From an uncultured Acidobacteriota bacterium (lineage in GTDB: Bacteria; Acidobacteriota; Thermoanaerobaculia; Multivoradales; SZUA-115), in assembly GCA_963805975.1 (NCBI GenBank), contig CAWDVR010000001.1:864001-928000 (forward strand): a DNA stretch of 64,000 nt, read 5' to 3'. Shown in pieces: positions 1 to 8,675 of this stretch; position 1 is the first letter of the stretch; each line of letters starts with the position of its first letter. The translations under genes were made by a program, and so were the position numbers. Under the pieces are notes generated by a model. That model searched no databases. It worked only from the letters and a program-made list of their open reading frames with translations, and was not told where the DNA came from.

Positions 1-13
1 GGTCAAGGGCGGC

Positions 14-271
14 ATGAAGCCGCCGGCGGCCATGGTCCGGCAGCAGCCGGAGCTGCCCGGGGGCCAGCGGGTCACCGGTACGGTGGTGCTCGAGGTGATC
101 GTGGACGAGAAAGGCGCGGTCTGCGACGCCCGCGTGATCACAGGCGTCAACCCGCGCCTGGACCGGTCCTGCATCGAAAGTGTCAAGACCTGGGTCTTCC
201 GCCCCGCACGGCGCCGCGGCGATCCGGTGGCGGTCTTCAGCCGCGTGAAGATCGCCTTCGACACGACCTGA
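14..271 (+). CDS. TonB C-terminal domain protein (probably 5'-truncated by the window edge)
   Basis: GTVVLEVIVDEKGAV...LDRSCIESVKTWVFRPA..G.PV resembles the TonB_C pattern; the frame is open to the window start. Confidence 0.75.
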   Translation: MKPPAAMVRQQPELPGGQRVTGTVVLEVIVDEKGAVCDARVITGVNPRLDRSCIESVKTWVFRPARRRGDPVAVFSRVKIAFDTT

Positions 272-280
272 GGGCCGGCC

Positions 281-1114
281 TCAGAACGGGTGCTCGAAGG
301 ATAAATAGGCGAACACGCCGAGCGAGCTGTCGCCGCCGCTCCAGGTGATGGGTAGGGCCACCCCGGGAACGATCTGCAGGTCGCCGCGGTCGAAGGACCA
401 GCGCGCGCCGGGCGCGACCACCGTAGTCCAGGCGTGGTCCAGGTTGCCGTCGGCATCGAGCTCGCCGTCGTAGCTCGACAGCCACTCCAGCATGGCGTTG
501 AAGCCCATGCTCTCACCCGGGGGCCGGGCGAGCCAGATCAGGCTGGCACCGGTGAAGAACGAGGTCACCGAGCGCTCCCGGTCGGGCCGGCCCGGTGCCT
601 CGACCCCCGAGAGCCAGGTGGCTCCCAGGTTAAAGTGGGCGATCCAGGGGTCCGAGAGGCGGTGGCTCACGGGCAGGTTGACCTGGAGGCCGGGGGAGCC
701 GTCGCCCAGGCCGTCGTCCTCGTCGCCCGTCGGCAGCACCAGCGAGAGCCGCGGCGATACGGCCGTGGGCTCGCCGGCCCGCCACTGGTAGCGGTAGTTG
801 AGCAGCACGTCCCCCAGGCCGTCACCGCCGGCGTCCAGGGAGAGGTACGGCACGGTGTAGCTCAACTGATGGGCTTGGCTGAGGAAGGGCCACTCCTGGG
901 TGACGGAGAGGGCGAGGTCGTCCTCGTCTCCACCCGCGCGGAAGGCGGTGGCGATGTGCTGCACCACGCCGGGCTCCTGGTTGTAGGCCTCTTCGATGAA
1001 AAAGGAGTTGTCGGAGATCGCAGAGGAGAAGCCCTGAGCCGTGGCGGAGGACGTCCCGGCGGCCAACAGGGCAAGGAGGAAGAAGGAGGGAAGCCGAGAG
1101 TGCGATTTTGGCAT
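281..1114 (-). CDS. Putative outer-membrane beta-barrel 'transporter' (MetA-pathway/phenol-degradation-like family)
   Basis: Signal peptide, alternating beta-strand pattern, GLGDVLLNYRYQ and LVLPTGDED.GLGDG motifs, C-terminal Phe (YLSFEHPF). Confidence 0.65.
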   Translation of the reverse strand: MPKSHSRLPSFFLLALLAAGTSSATAQGFSSAISDNSFFIEEAYNQEPGVVQHIATAFRAGGDEDDLALSVTQEWPFLSQAHQLSYTVPYLSLDAGGDGLGDVLLNYRYQWRAGEPTAVSPRLSLVLPTGDEDDGLGDGSPGLQVNLPVSHRLSDPWIAHFNLGATWLSGVEAPGRPDRERSVTSFFTGASLIWLARPPGESMGFNAMLEWLSSYDGELDADGNLDHAWTTVVAPGARWSFDRGDLQIVPGVALPITWSGGDSSLGVFAYLSFEHPF

Positions 1115-1149
1115 ATCAAAATCGTACTCTCGGTCTGGCGAAAAATCAA
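1094..1149 (-). promoter_or_regulatory. Sigma70-type promoter (TTGATT-N17-TACGAT) overlapped by a 17-bp inverted-repeat operator with NikR-like geometry
   Basis: Arms 1094-1110 CCGAGAGTGCGATTTTG and 1117-1133 CAAAATCGTACTCTCGG (1 mismatch); -10 at 1121-1126, -35 at 1144-1149. Confidence 0.65.
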
Positions 1150-1182
1150 GCTTGGAGACGCGGCTGCGCCTGCCCTACGTCT

Positions 1183-1650
1183 CTAGAATGGGATGTCGTC
1201 GTCTTCGGGCTCGTGGGAGGAGGGTCCGCCACCGTAGTCCTGGCTCTGACCTCGCCCGCCGCCGCCCCCGCCGTGCTGGGGGCCTTCCCCGGAGTCGAAG
1301 TCGCCGCCGCCGCCGCCGCCCTGGCGCCCGCCGAGCATCTGGAAGTTGTCGCAGATGACCTCGGTCTTGTAGCGCTTCTCGCCGCTGTTCTTGTCGTCCC
1401 AGGAGCGGGTCTGCAGCCGGCCCTCGATGAACACCTGCTTGCCCTTGGTGAGGTACTGTCCGGCGATCTCGGCCTGCTTGCCCCAGACCACCACGTTGTG
1501 CCACTCGGTCTGCTCCTGGCGGTTGCCGTCGCGGTCCTTCCAGCGCCGCGAAGTGGCGACGCTGAAGCTCGCCACCGGCTGCCCGGAGGGCGTCGAGCGG
1601 ACCTCGGGATCACGACCTAAGTTACCGACGAGAAAGACTTTGTTCACCAT
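1183..1650 (-). CDS. ssb: Single-stranded DNA-binding protein
   Basis: [21 protein letters not shown], Gly-rich linker, DDDIPF tail; AAGGAG SD. Confidence 0.98.
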   Translation of the reverse strand: MVNKVFLVGNLGRDPEVRSTPSGQPVASFSVATSRRWKDRDGNRQEQTEWHNVVVWGKQAEIAGQYLTKGKQVFIEGRLQTRSWDDKNSGEKRYKTEVICDNFQMLGGRQGGGGGGDFDSGEGPQHGGGGGGRGQSQDYGGGPSSHEPEDDDIPF

Positions 1651-1752
1651 GCGCGGGCGCTCCTTTTTGGACGGAGTAAGCTATCACAGGCTCCCGCATC
1701 GCCAGCCTCGGTGGCGGCTGCGGCGGGCCTCGAAAGGGGAAAGACGGAAACC

Positions 1753-2220
1753 GTGCGCCTGGTCTTACAGCGGGTGAGCTCGGCCACGGTGCGGGTGGCC
1801 GGCGAAGCCGTGGGCGCCATCGGCCGCGGGGTGCTGGCGCTGGTGGCGATCGAGCGCGGCGACGGCGCAGCCGAGGTCGAGGCCGCGGCGGCCAAGCTCG
1901 GCGGCCTGCGGCTCTTCGAGGACCAGGCCGGCCGCATGAACCTCGACAGCCGGGCCGCGGGCGGCGCCTTTCTCCTGGTCTCGCAGTTCACCCTTGCCGC
2001 CTCTCTCGCCCGCGGGCGCCGGCCGTCGTTCGATGCCGCGGCACCCCCGGCGGAGGCGGAGCCGCTGTTCGAAGCCTTGGTGGAAGCTCTACGAAGCCAG
2101 GGCTATCGCGTGGAGACCGGCCGCTTCCGGGCCCACATGGAGGTCGAGCTGGTCAACGATGGGCCGGTGACGTTCGTGCTGGAGCTGCCGCCGCGACCTG
2201 ACCGCCCGCCGGTCCTCTAG
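1753..2220 (+). CDS. dtd: D-aminoacyl-tRNA deacylase
   Basis: RLVLQRV, SQFTL and NDGPVT motifs; GTG start at 1753 inferred. Confidence 0.96.
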   Translation: MRLVLQRVSSATVRVAGEAVGAIGRGVLALVAIERGDGAAEVEAAAAKLGGLRLFEDQAGRMNLDSRAAGGAFLLVSQFTLAASLARGRRPSFDAAAPPAEAEPLFEALVEALRSQGYRVETGRFRAHMEVELVNDGPVTFVLELPPRPDRPPVL

Positions 2221-3316
2221 GGACAGAGGGTCCGGCAGGAGCAGGGGGCGAGAGCACCGGCAGAGCGCGGGCATCGACCAGGCGCTCTTCGAGCGGCCGG
2301 GGGCTGAAGCAGAGGGCGAGGATCACCAGGGCGCCGGCGGCGAGCGCCTTGCGCTTACCGTCGAGCGGCTCGCGCTCGTCGCCCACGGGCGGGTGCGCGA
2401 GGCCCAGAAACAGCGTGATCGCGGCCCACAGCAGCCAGCTCGGCCAATAGAGGCTGAACATGGCCATCACCAGCCACAGCGGCAACGCCAGCCGGCGCTG
2501 GCGGGCCCCGACCACGGCGTAGAGGATGTGGCCGCCGTCGAGCTGCGACAGGGGCAGGAGGTTGAGGGCCGTGGCCAGCATGCCGAACCAGGCGGCGAGC
2601 GCGAAAGGGTGGAGATTGAGCACCTGGTCCGCCGCCAGCGGGCCATGGAGCAGAAGGCCCAGGATGGCGAAGCCGAGGTTGCCGCCGGGCAGGGTGAGCG
2701 GTGCCACGAGATCGCTCGCCGCGCTGGCGAGCGGCGCCGCGGCCGGCGGCGAGTGTGCCAGCCCGTAGACCAGGAACGGCAGCAGCACGACGAAGCCGGC
2801 GATCGGCCCGGCGATGCCGACGTCGAACAGCTCGCGCTTGTTGCGCAGCGGCGAGCGCAGGCGGATGAAGGCCCCGAAGGTGCCGAAGACGATCGGCGCC
2901 GGCAGGAAGTAGGGGAGGGTGCAGTCGATCCGGTAGTAGCGACAGGCGAGGTAGTGGCCGAGCTCGTGGGCGAGCAGGATGAGGAGGGTGGCGAGCGAGA
3001 ACTGGAGGCCCGCCGAGAGCAGCTCGGGGTTGCTCCACACCCGGCCGATCGCCGCCGGTGAGAGTAGCGGCACGCCGAGCTCTCCGAGATCGATCAGGAC
3101 ATCGGTGCGCACCCACCACGCCCATTGCGCGCCGAGGGTGGTGGTGGTGAAAAAGGTGAGGACGAAGAGAAGTGCCGCGCGCAGCCAGCGCGGCTTGGAG
3201 CGGGCCGGCGCGTGCACGCCCTCGGGCCCGGGAACGAGATCGATGACCAGCGGGGGGCGAGACGATCCGGCCTCGGCGGCGGAGGCCACGCCCTCCCTGG
3301 TGGTGAGGAAGATCAA
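2153..3316 (-). CDS. Site-2 protease (M50) family intramembrane metalloprotease
   Basis: HELGH, IAGPIAG, NLLP..LDGGH, many TM segments; TTG start overlaps the HU stop. Confidence 0.93.
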   Translation of the reverse strand: MIFLTTREGVASAAEAGSSRPPLVIDLVPGPEGVHAPARSKPRWLRAALLFVLTFFTTTTLGAQWAWWVRTDVLIDLGELGVPLLSPAAIGRVWSNPELLSAGLQFSLATLLILLAHELGHYLACRYYRIDCTLPYFLPAPIVFGTFGAFIRLRSPLRNKRELFDVGIAGPIAGFVVLLPFLVYGLAHSPPAAAPLASAASDLVAPLTLPGGNLGFAILGLLLHGPLAADQVLNLHPFALAAWFGMLATALNLLPLSQLDGGHILYAVVGARQRRLALPLWLVMAMFSLYWPSWLLWAAITLFLGLAHPPVGDEREPLDGKRKALAAGALVILALCFSPRPLEERLVDARALPVLSPPAPAGPSVPRGPAGGQVAAAAPARTSPAHR

Positions 3317-3579
3317 AGGGTCTTCAGCTCTTTGCCGGGCTTGAAGCGCACTGTCTTGCCGGGGGTGATCGCCACCTCGACGCCGGTCTTGGGGTTGCGC
3401 CCTACCCCCTTCTTGCGGTCCCGCACCTGGAAGACTCCGAAGCCGCGCAGCTCGATCCGCTTGCCCGTGGACAGGGCGTCCTTCATCGCGTCGATGATGG
3501 TGTCCACCGCCTGCGCCGCCTTGATGCGCGGCACGTCGGACTGCTCGGCGACGAGATCCACGATGTCGGCTTTGATCAT
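3313..3579 (-). CDS. HU/IHF family DNA-binding protein
   Basis: IELRGFGVF, GRNPKTG, FKPGKELK. Confidence 0.96.
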   Translation of the reverse strand: MIKADIVDLVAEQSDVPRIKAAQAVDTIIDAMKDALSTGKRIELRGFGVFQVRDRKKGVGRNPKTGVEVAITPGKTVRFKPGKELKTL

Positions 3580-3636
3580 AACGGCGCCAAATCTAGCAAC
3601 GCGGGCTCCGGGGTGTCAACGTAAGCTGAAGCGTGC

Positions 3637-4899
3637 CTACGTTTTACGAGTTTTCTTCTGCATCAGGTGAAGCTCCAGGGCGGCGGCGCAGGAGGCCGCG
3701 GCGACCTGTGCCTGCTTCCAGTCGAGCATCGCGCCGCCCTCGCCCCCTCTGGCCCCGTCACCATACAGCACCGCCACCAGCCGGCCGCGCACGTGGATCG
3801 GCGCCAGCACCGCGGTGGCCGGCAGCTTGCCGCCCCAGAGCTTCGCCATCTCGAGGTGGATGGGCATCGGCGCCAGCGGCCCGAGGTGCAGCCGGGCGCC
3901 CTGCCGCAGGTTGAGGAAGACCGAGGGGAGGTCGAAAGCGGCGCGAAACCGTGCCAGCCTGTCGGCCTGCACCCCTGCCCCCTGCCCCAGCCAGCCTGCC
4001 ACCCCTTCGGGCGTGACCTTGAACAGCAGCGCGCGCTGGAAGAGAGGAGCGACGTGCAGCAGCACGGCCCGCCCGATGTCGTCCAGGCTCGCCGCCGCCT
4101 CGAGCTGGGCTTCGAGCTCGGGTGGCGCGGGCGGAACTGGCTCCCGCACGGGAAGCGGCACCTCGGCGGGCTCCGCCGCCTGCTGCTGCGCCACTTCCGG
4201 GACCGGCTGGGTGGGGAGCTCCGGCGGCGGCAGGTCCGGCTCAGCGCTCTCCTCGAGGTCCGGCGCGGCCGCGGCGAGGCTCTCCAGGCCCTGGCTCTCC
4301 GGGCCCTGGCTTTCCGGGCCCTGGCTTTCCGGGGGAGCGCCGAGCTGTGCCTTCTCGTCCTCGGTCAGGGCGATGACCCGCGGCAGGCGCGAGCGCGCCT
4401 CGTCCCACAGCGAAGGCGGGCGGTTGAGCCGCGCCAGGAGGAGGGCGAAGCGGGGCGGGCACGCTTGGGCGTAGAAGGTGTTGAGCGCTTCGAGGATCCG
4501 TGGCTCGTTGGTCACGTGCGGCCGCAGTCGGCGCCGGGTGACCGCCGTGATCTCGGCCAAACCCTCTTCGTCGGCCGGGTTCTCGAGCGCCACCCAGAGC
4601 TCGCTGCCGACGATCCGGAACGGCACGGCCCGCCGGCGGCGGGCCAGCTCGACCGGAAGCTGGGCGATGGCGTTCGGGCGCACCTTGCGCAGGTCCGAGG
4701 CGCTCGCCGGCGGGCAGCCGTGCAGCTCGGAAAGGGTCTCGAGCAGCCGCTCCTCGGTGACGAAACCCAGCTCGAGCAGGCAGGTGCCGAAGCTGCCGCC
4801 GGACTCGGTCTGCACCTCGAAAGCGCGGCGCATGCGGTCCGCCGTCAGCCACCCGTGCCCGAGGAGCGAGGCCCCGAGCTCCTGCGCTCTGCGATCCAT
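3637..4899 (-). CDS. MshEN/GspE N-terminal-domain protein without ATPase; Pro/Glu linker and possible GAF-like C-terminus
   Basis: LG..LL..G.LT...R.AF..Q repeat and AVPFR....L.VAL.NP.D pattern; no Walker motifs seen. Confidence 0.7.
   Translation of the reverse strand: MDRRAQELGASLLGHGWLTADRMRRAFEVQTESGGSFGTCLLELGFVTEERLLETLSELHGCPPASASDLRKVRPNAIAQLPVELARRRRAVPFRIVGSELWVALENPADEEGLAEITAVTRRRLRPHVTNEPRILEALNTFYAQACPPRFALLLARLNRPPSLWDEARSRLPRVIALTEDEKAQLGAPPESQGPESQGPESQGLESLAAAAPDLEESAEPDLPPPELPTQPVPEVAQQQAAEPAEVPLPVREPVPPAPPELEAQLEAAASLDDIGRAVLLHVAPLFQRALLFKVTPEGVAGWLGQGAGVQADRLARFRAAFDLPSVFLNLRQGARLHLGPLAPMPIHLEMAKLWGGKLPATAVLAPIHVRGRLVAVLYGDGARGGEGGAMLDWKQAQVAAASCAAALELHLMQKKTRKT
4287..4331. 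repeat. 3 x 15-bp coding tandem repeat (PESQG)
   Basis: GGCCCTGGCT(C/T)TCCG three times. Confidence 0.9.
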
Positions 4900-4942
4900 G
4901 GTGTAAGTTCTTTTTTCTCTTCAGGTTACCGCTGGCTCCCGG

Positions 4943-4971
4943 ATTATAGGAGCGCTTCGTAAGCTTGTAAA
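4943..4971 (-). promoter_or_regulatory. Sigma70 promoter for the MshEN-domain gene
   Basis: TTTACA-N17-TATAAT on the minus strand. Confidence 0.7.
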
Positions 4972-5013
4972 GCACCCTTGTACAACGCGGCGAGCGGCTG
5001 CTATTCTGCCGCC

Positions 5014-7026
5014 GTGAAGGCCGCGCTGCCGCTCGTCTTCCTGCTCTTGGTCCCGCCGCCGGCTGCCGCGGCTGGCAAGTCTTCCTCCCGCGACCCGTCC
5101 GCGGCGCCGGGTACCGTGCAGCAACCCTCTACGACGGAGGCGGGCCAGGGTTCTGCCGCCGCCGAGCTCGCCTTCGCCCGCTCCCGCATGGCCGCCGCCA
5201 ACGGAGACTGGGAGGATGCGGAGGCGGAGCTCCAACGGGCGGTGGAGCTGGCGCCGGACGATCCCTACGTCCATCTGGAGTACGCGAAGCTCCTGCTGCG
5301 GCTGGGCCAGTTCGGCCGCGACGCCGGCCAGCGCGCCGAGCGCCTGCAGCAGGCCATGGCGCAGCTCGCCGCCGCCGAGCGTGCCGGCGCGGGGGAGCTC
5401 GACACGGTGCGCGAGATCGGTCTCGCCTACCTCGATCTGGCCCAGGAGAGCCGCGAGGCCATGGCCGCCGCGCAGCGCGCTCTCGAGACAGTGCGCGCGG
5501 CACGCCCCGACGATCCGGAGGTGCTGCTCCCCCTGGGCCAGATCTATCGCGTGCAGGGTGAGCTGCCGAAAGCCGTGGCGGCCTTCCGCGAGGCCGCCGC
5601 GGTGGTGCCGGGCAACGGCTGGGCGCAATCGCTCCTCGCCCGAGCCGTGGTCGAGATGGCCCAGCAGCAGGCCAAGGCCGGCAAGACGGACGAGGCGGAG
5701 CGCCTGCTGCGCGAGGGGGTCGCCGCCAACGACGCCGAGGCGCGGATCTCGCTCGCCGACCTGGTGAGCCGCCGCGGCGAGCATGCCGAGGCGGCCGAGC
5801 TGCTGCTGGCGGTGCCGGCCGAGGCCCTGCGTCCCGAGATCACCCAGCGCCTGGTGTGGGAGCTCTTCCTGGCCGGCCGGCTGGACGAAGCGGCGGCGCG
5901 CGCCCAGCAGATGCCGAGCGAGGGCAACGGCACGGTGCGCACGCTGCAGATCCTCCTGCTGGCAGCGCAGGGCCGCCACGACCAGGCCGCCGACGCGCTG
6001 GCGACGGTGATCCAGAAAGCCCCCTCCAACACCACTCTGATCGAGGCCGTCACCCGCGCCCTGGCGAGCGCCGGCCGGCGTGCCGAGGCCGAGCGCTTCC
6101 TGTCGAGCCTCGCGCAGCGCATCGAGGCGATCAGCGGCCAGCCGGGCCTGACCGCGGCGCGGCTCGAGCTCGCGGACCTCGCGTCCGAGCGCGGCGCCTG
6201 GACCGAGGTCGAGAGCCGGCTCGCGCCGCTGGCTCGCACCGGCACCACCGAGGACGGGGAAGGCTGGAAGCTGCTCTACGCCGACGCCCTGGTGCATCTC
6301 GAACGGGGCGCCGAGGCCCTGGCGTTCCTGCCGGAGCTGCCGGCGGACGCCGCAGTGGAGGCGAGCCGCGCGCCGCTGGTCGCCAAGCGCGCCGAGGTTC
6401 TGCTGCGCCTGGGCCGCGACGCCGAGGCCGCGCGAGCGCTCGCGGCGCTGACCTCGAAGAACGACCCGACGCTGCTCTTGCAGGCCGCTCGCGTCTACCA
6501 ACGGCTGACGCGCTACCCGGAGGCCATCCCGCTCCTGACGCGGCTGCTCGACCTCGATGGTTCCTCGGTCGAGGGCCGCTACTTCCTGGGGGTCGCGCTC
6601 GAGCGCACGGGTCAGCGCGAAGAGGCGGTGTCGGCGTTCCGGCACCTGATCTCGCTGACGCCGGACTTCGCGCCGGCGCTCAACTACCTCGGTTACATGT
6701 GGACCGAGCGCGGCGAGAACCTCGAGGAGGCGCTCCGTTTCGTCGAGCGTGCCGTGGCGCTGGACCCCAACAACGGCGCCTATCTCGACTCGCTCGGCTG
6801 GGCCTTTTTCCGTCTGGGCCGCTTCGAGAGTGCCCGCGGCCACCTGGAGCGCGCCGCCCTGCTGCTGCCCGAGGACGCCACCGTGTTCGAGCACCTGGGC
6901 GACCTGTACGTGGCGCTCGGCTCTCCGGAGCTGGCGCGCGGCGTGTACCAGAGGGCGCTCGAGCTGGGCAGCGACAATCCCGAGTCGGTGCGCGGCAAGC
7001 TCCAAGGCGTGAGCGGCGGCAGCTAG
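5014..7026 (+). CDS. Exported tetratricopeptide-repeat protein
   Basis: Signal peptide; C-terminal ALNYLGY, AYLDSLGW and EHLGD TPR motifs; GTG start inferred. Confidence 0.88.
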   Translation: MKAALPLVFLLLVPPPAAAAGKSSSRDPSAAPGTVQQPSTTEAGQGSAAAELAFARSRMAAANGDWEDAEAELQRAVELAPDDPYVHLEYAKLLLRLGQFGRDAGQRAERLQQAMAQLAAAERAGAGELDTVREIGLAYLDLAQESREAMAAAQRALETVRAARPDDPEVLLPLGQIYRVQGELPKAVAAFREAAAVVPGNGWAQSLLARAVVEMAQQQAKAGKTDEAERLLREGVAANDAEARISLADLVSRRGEHAEAAELLLAVPAEALRPEITQRLVWELFLAGRLDEAAARAQQMPSEGNGTVRTLQILLLAAQGRHDQAADALATVIQKAPSNTTLIEAVTRALASAGRRAEAERFLSSLAQRIEAISGQPGLTAARLELADLASERGAWTEVESRLAPLARTGTTEDGEGWKLLYADALVHLERGAEALAFLPELPADAAVEASRAPLVAKRAEVLLRLGRDAEAARALAALTSKNDPTLLLQAARVYQRLTRYPEAIPLLTRLLDLDGSSVEGRYFLGVALERTGQREEAVSAFRHLISLTPDFAPALNYLGYMWTERGENLEEALRFVERAVALDPNNGAYLDSLGWAFFRLGRFESARGHLERAALLLPEDATVFEHLGDLYVALGSPELARGVYQRALELGSDNPESVRGKLQGVSGGS

Positions 7027-7796
7027 TGAAGCCGGCTCCCCTGCCTGTCATCCTGAGCCTGGCCCTGGTTGCGAGCGCCGCTTGCGCGACGGCCACGGCA
7101 GAGGGTCCGGCGGTGGTCGTGGCGCCGGGCGCGCCGCCCGCGGCCGCTTCCGCGCCACCGCCGGCGAGCGCCGACCTCTGGGAGATCCCGGCCTCCGATC
7201 TCTTCCAGCAGCGCCTCTTTCGCATGCGCTACGGCGGCCCGGAAGGGGAGGGCAGCTTCCGGCTGACGTTGCGCCTCGCGGCCCCGGACCGCTACCGTGT
7301 GACCACGGTCGACGCCGTGGGGCGGGCGGTGTGGAGCCTTTCCCTGGACGGCGAAGACGGTTTGTGGATCGACCACCGCCAGAAACGGTTCTGCCGTTTC
7401 CACGGCGCCATGGAGCTCGCCGCGGTGCCGCTCAAGCCGTTTGCGCTCCCCGCGCTGCCCTCGGTGCTCCTGGGGCGCCTGCCGGTTGCGCCCCGGGAAG
7501 CGCCGTACGAGGACGGCGCCTACCTCGAGTTCAAGGACTCCGCGGGCCGGCGCTGGACGGCCACCCGCGAGGGCGACCAGTTGACCAAGTGGACCTTCTG
7601 GGAAGCCGGTGAGCCGTCGATCTGGTGGGGCCGGCAGGGCGAGGAGGCGGTGCTCTCCGAGCGCGCGCAGGGCATTCAGCTGCGCTGGCGGCAGGTGCTG
7701 GCGGAGCCGATCTCCGAGCTGCCCCCGGCGCCGCCGGTGCCGGAGGGCTACGTCGCGGGGTGCGAGGAAGCCTCCAACCCTGCCGCCATGCCCTGA
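7026..7796 (+). CDS. Predicted lipoprotein, possibly LolA/LolB-like fold
   Basis: GTG overlaps the TPR stop; lipobox-like ASAAC; beta-rich mature region; syntenic position. Confidence 0.6.
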   Translation: MKPAPLPVILSLALVASAACATATAEGPAVVVAPGAPPAAASAPPPASADLWEIPASDLFQQRLFRMRYGGPEGEGSFRLTLRLAAPDRYRVTTVDAVGRAVWSLSLDGEDGLWIDHRQKRFCRFHGAMELAAVPLKPFALPALPSVLLGRLPVAPREAPYEDGAYLEFKDSAGRRWTATREGDQLTKWTFWEAGEPSIWWGRQGEEAVLSERAQGIQLRWRQVLAEPISELPPAPPVPEGYVAGCEEASNPAAMP

Positions 7797-7945
7797 GCCG
7801 GAACGGGGCTGGACCCCCGCTTCGGGCCTCTCCAGCTATAATGCCGCAGATTCGTCCGTTCCCTGGAGTATGTGTTATCGCGTGCGCCGGTTTCCCGGCG
7901 TCGATGTTTGATTACGGCGGCTCGGCTCTTGAGGGAGGAACTGGA

Positions 7946-8455
7946 ATGCAGATCACTGAGGTCAAGGTCTTCCCGATTCACGAGGAGAAGCTCAAGGCCT
8001 TCGTCTCGGTCGTGTTCGACGGGTGCTTCATGGTCAACGACATCAAGGTGATTCGCGGCCGTGAGGGCCTGTTCATCAGCATGCCCAGCCGCAAGAAGAA
8101 GAACGGCGAGTTCAAGGACGTGGCCCACCCCTTGAACAACGAGACCCGGCGGATGATCGAGACTCAGATCCTGGGCGAGTACGAGCGGGTGCTGGGCGAG
8201 AAGGGCGCCAGCGCGGTGGCCTCGCCGGAGCAGGCGCCGGCCTTCGACGGCCTGGAGACACCGCAGCCGGTGCCGATGGCGGCGATGACCATGGCGTCGG
8301 CGGTGATGGCCCCGGTGGCGATGGCGGCGGCCGAGGAGCCTTCCGCCGCGTCGGTCATGGCCCAGATGTCCCCTGGGCCGGCGGTCGACGAGCCGCAATC
8401 GATGGAGGAGGTCGAGGCCCTGCATCTCAGGGACTCGTTCTGGAGCGTAAGCTAG
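7946..8455 (+). CDS. spoVG: SpoVG family nucleic-acid-binding protein with C-terminal extension
   Basis: MQITEVKV, LKAFVSVVFD, GLFISMPSRK, FKDVAHP; GGAGG SD; TATAAT at 7837-7842. Confidence 0.93.
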   Translation: MQITEVKVFPIHEEKLKAFVSVVFDGCFMVNDIKVIRGREGLFISMPSRKKKNGEFKDVAHPLNNETRRMIETQILGEYERVLGEKGASAVASPEQAPAFDGLETPQPVPMAAMTMASAVMAPVAMAAAEEPSAASVMAQMSPGPAVDEPQSMEEVEALHLRDSFWSVS

Positions 8456-8490
8456 GCAAGCTCGCCGCGGCTCCCGCGGCGAGAGAACTT

Positions 8491-8565
8491 TGGGGAGTGG
8501 CCAAGCGGTAAGGCAGCGGACTTTGGATCCGCCAACCGTAGGTTCGAATCCTACCTCCCCAGCCA
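8491..8565 (+). tRNA. tRNA-Gln (TTG)
   Basis: TGGGGAG/CTCCCCA acceptor stem, anticodon arm GCGGA-CT-TTG-GA-TCCGC, GGTTCGAATCC T-arm, encoded CCA. Confidence 0.97.
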
Positions 8566-8675
8566 ACCGAGCCTCGACCAATCCTGCCGCCGCCGGCCAA
8601 GCCGTGGCGGCTTGGGGTAGGATGCGCCGTCCCGACGCGGCCAAACCACCACCAACACCCCCATTCCTCCAAAGC

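Noticed and set aside
2153-2220. 68-bp convergent overlap of dtd and the site-2 protease
   Set aside because: Involves only low-complexity C-terminal tails; common in GC-rich genomes
4287-4331. 15-bp tandem repeat as a CRISPR or regulatory array
   Set aside because: No spacers; an in-frame PESQG linker expansion
8490-8675. N-terminal extension of prs in the ORF track
   Set aside because: Runs through tRNA-Gln; prs homology begins near the ATG at 8676
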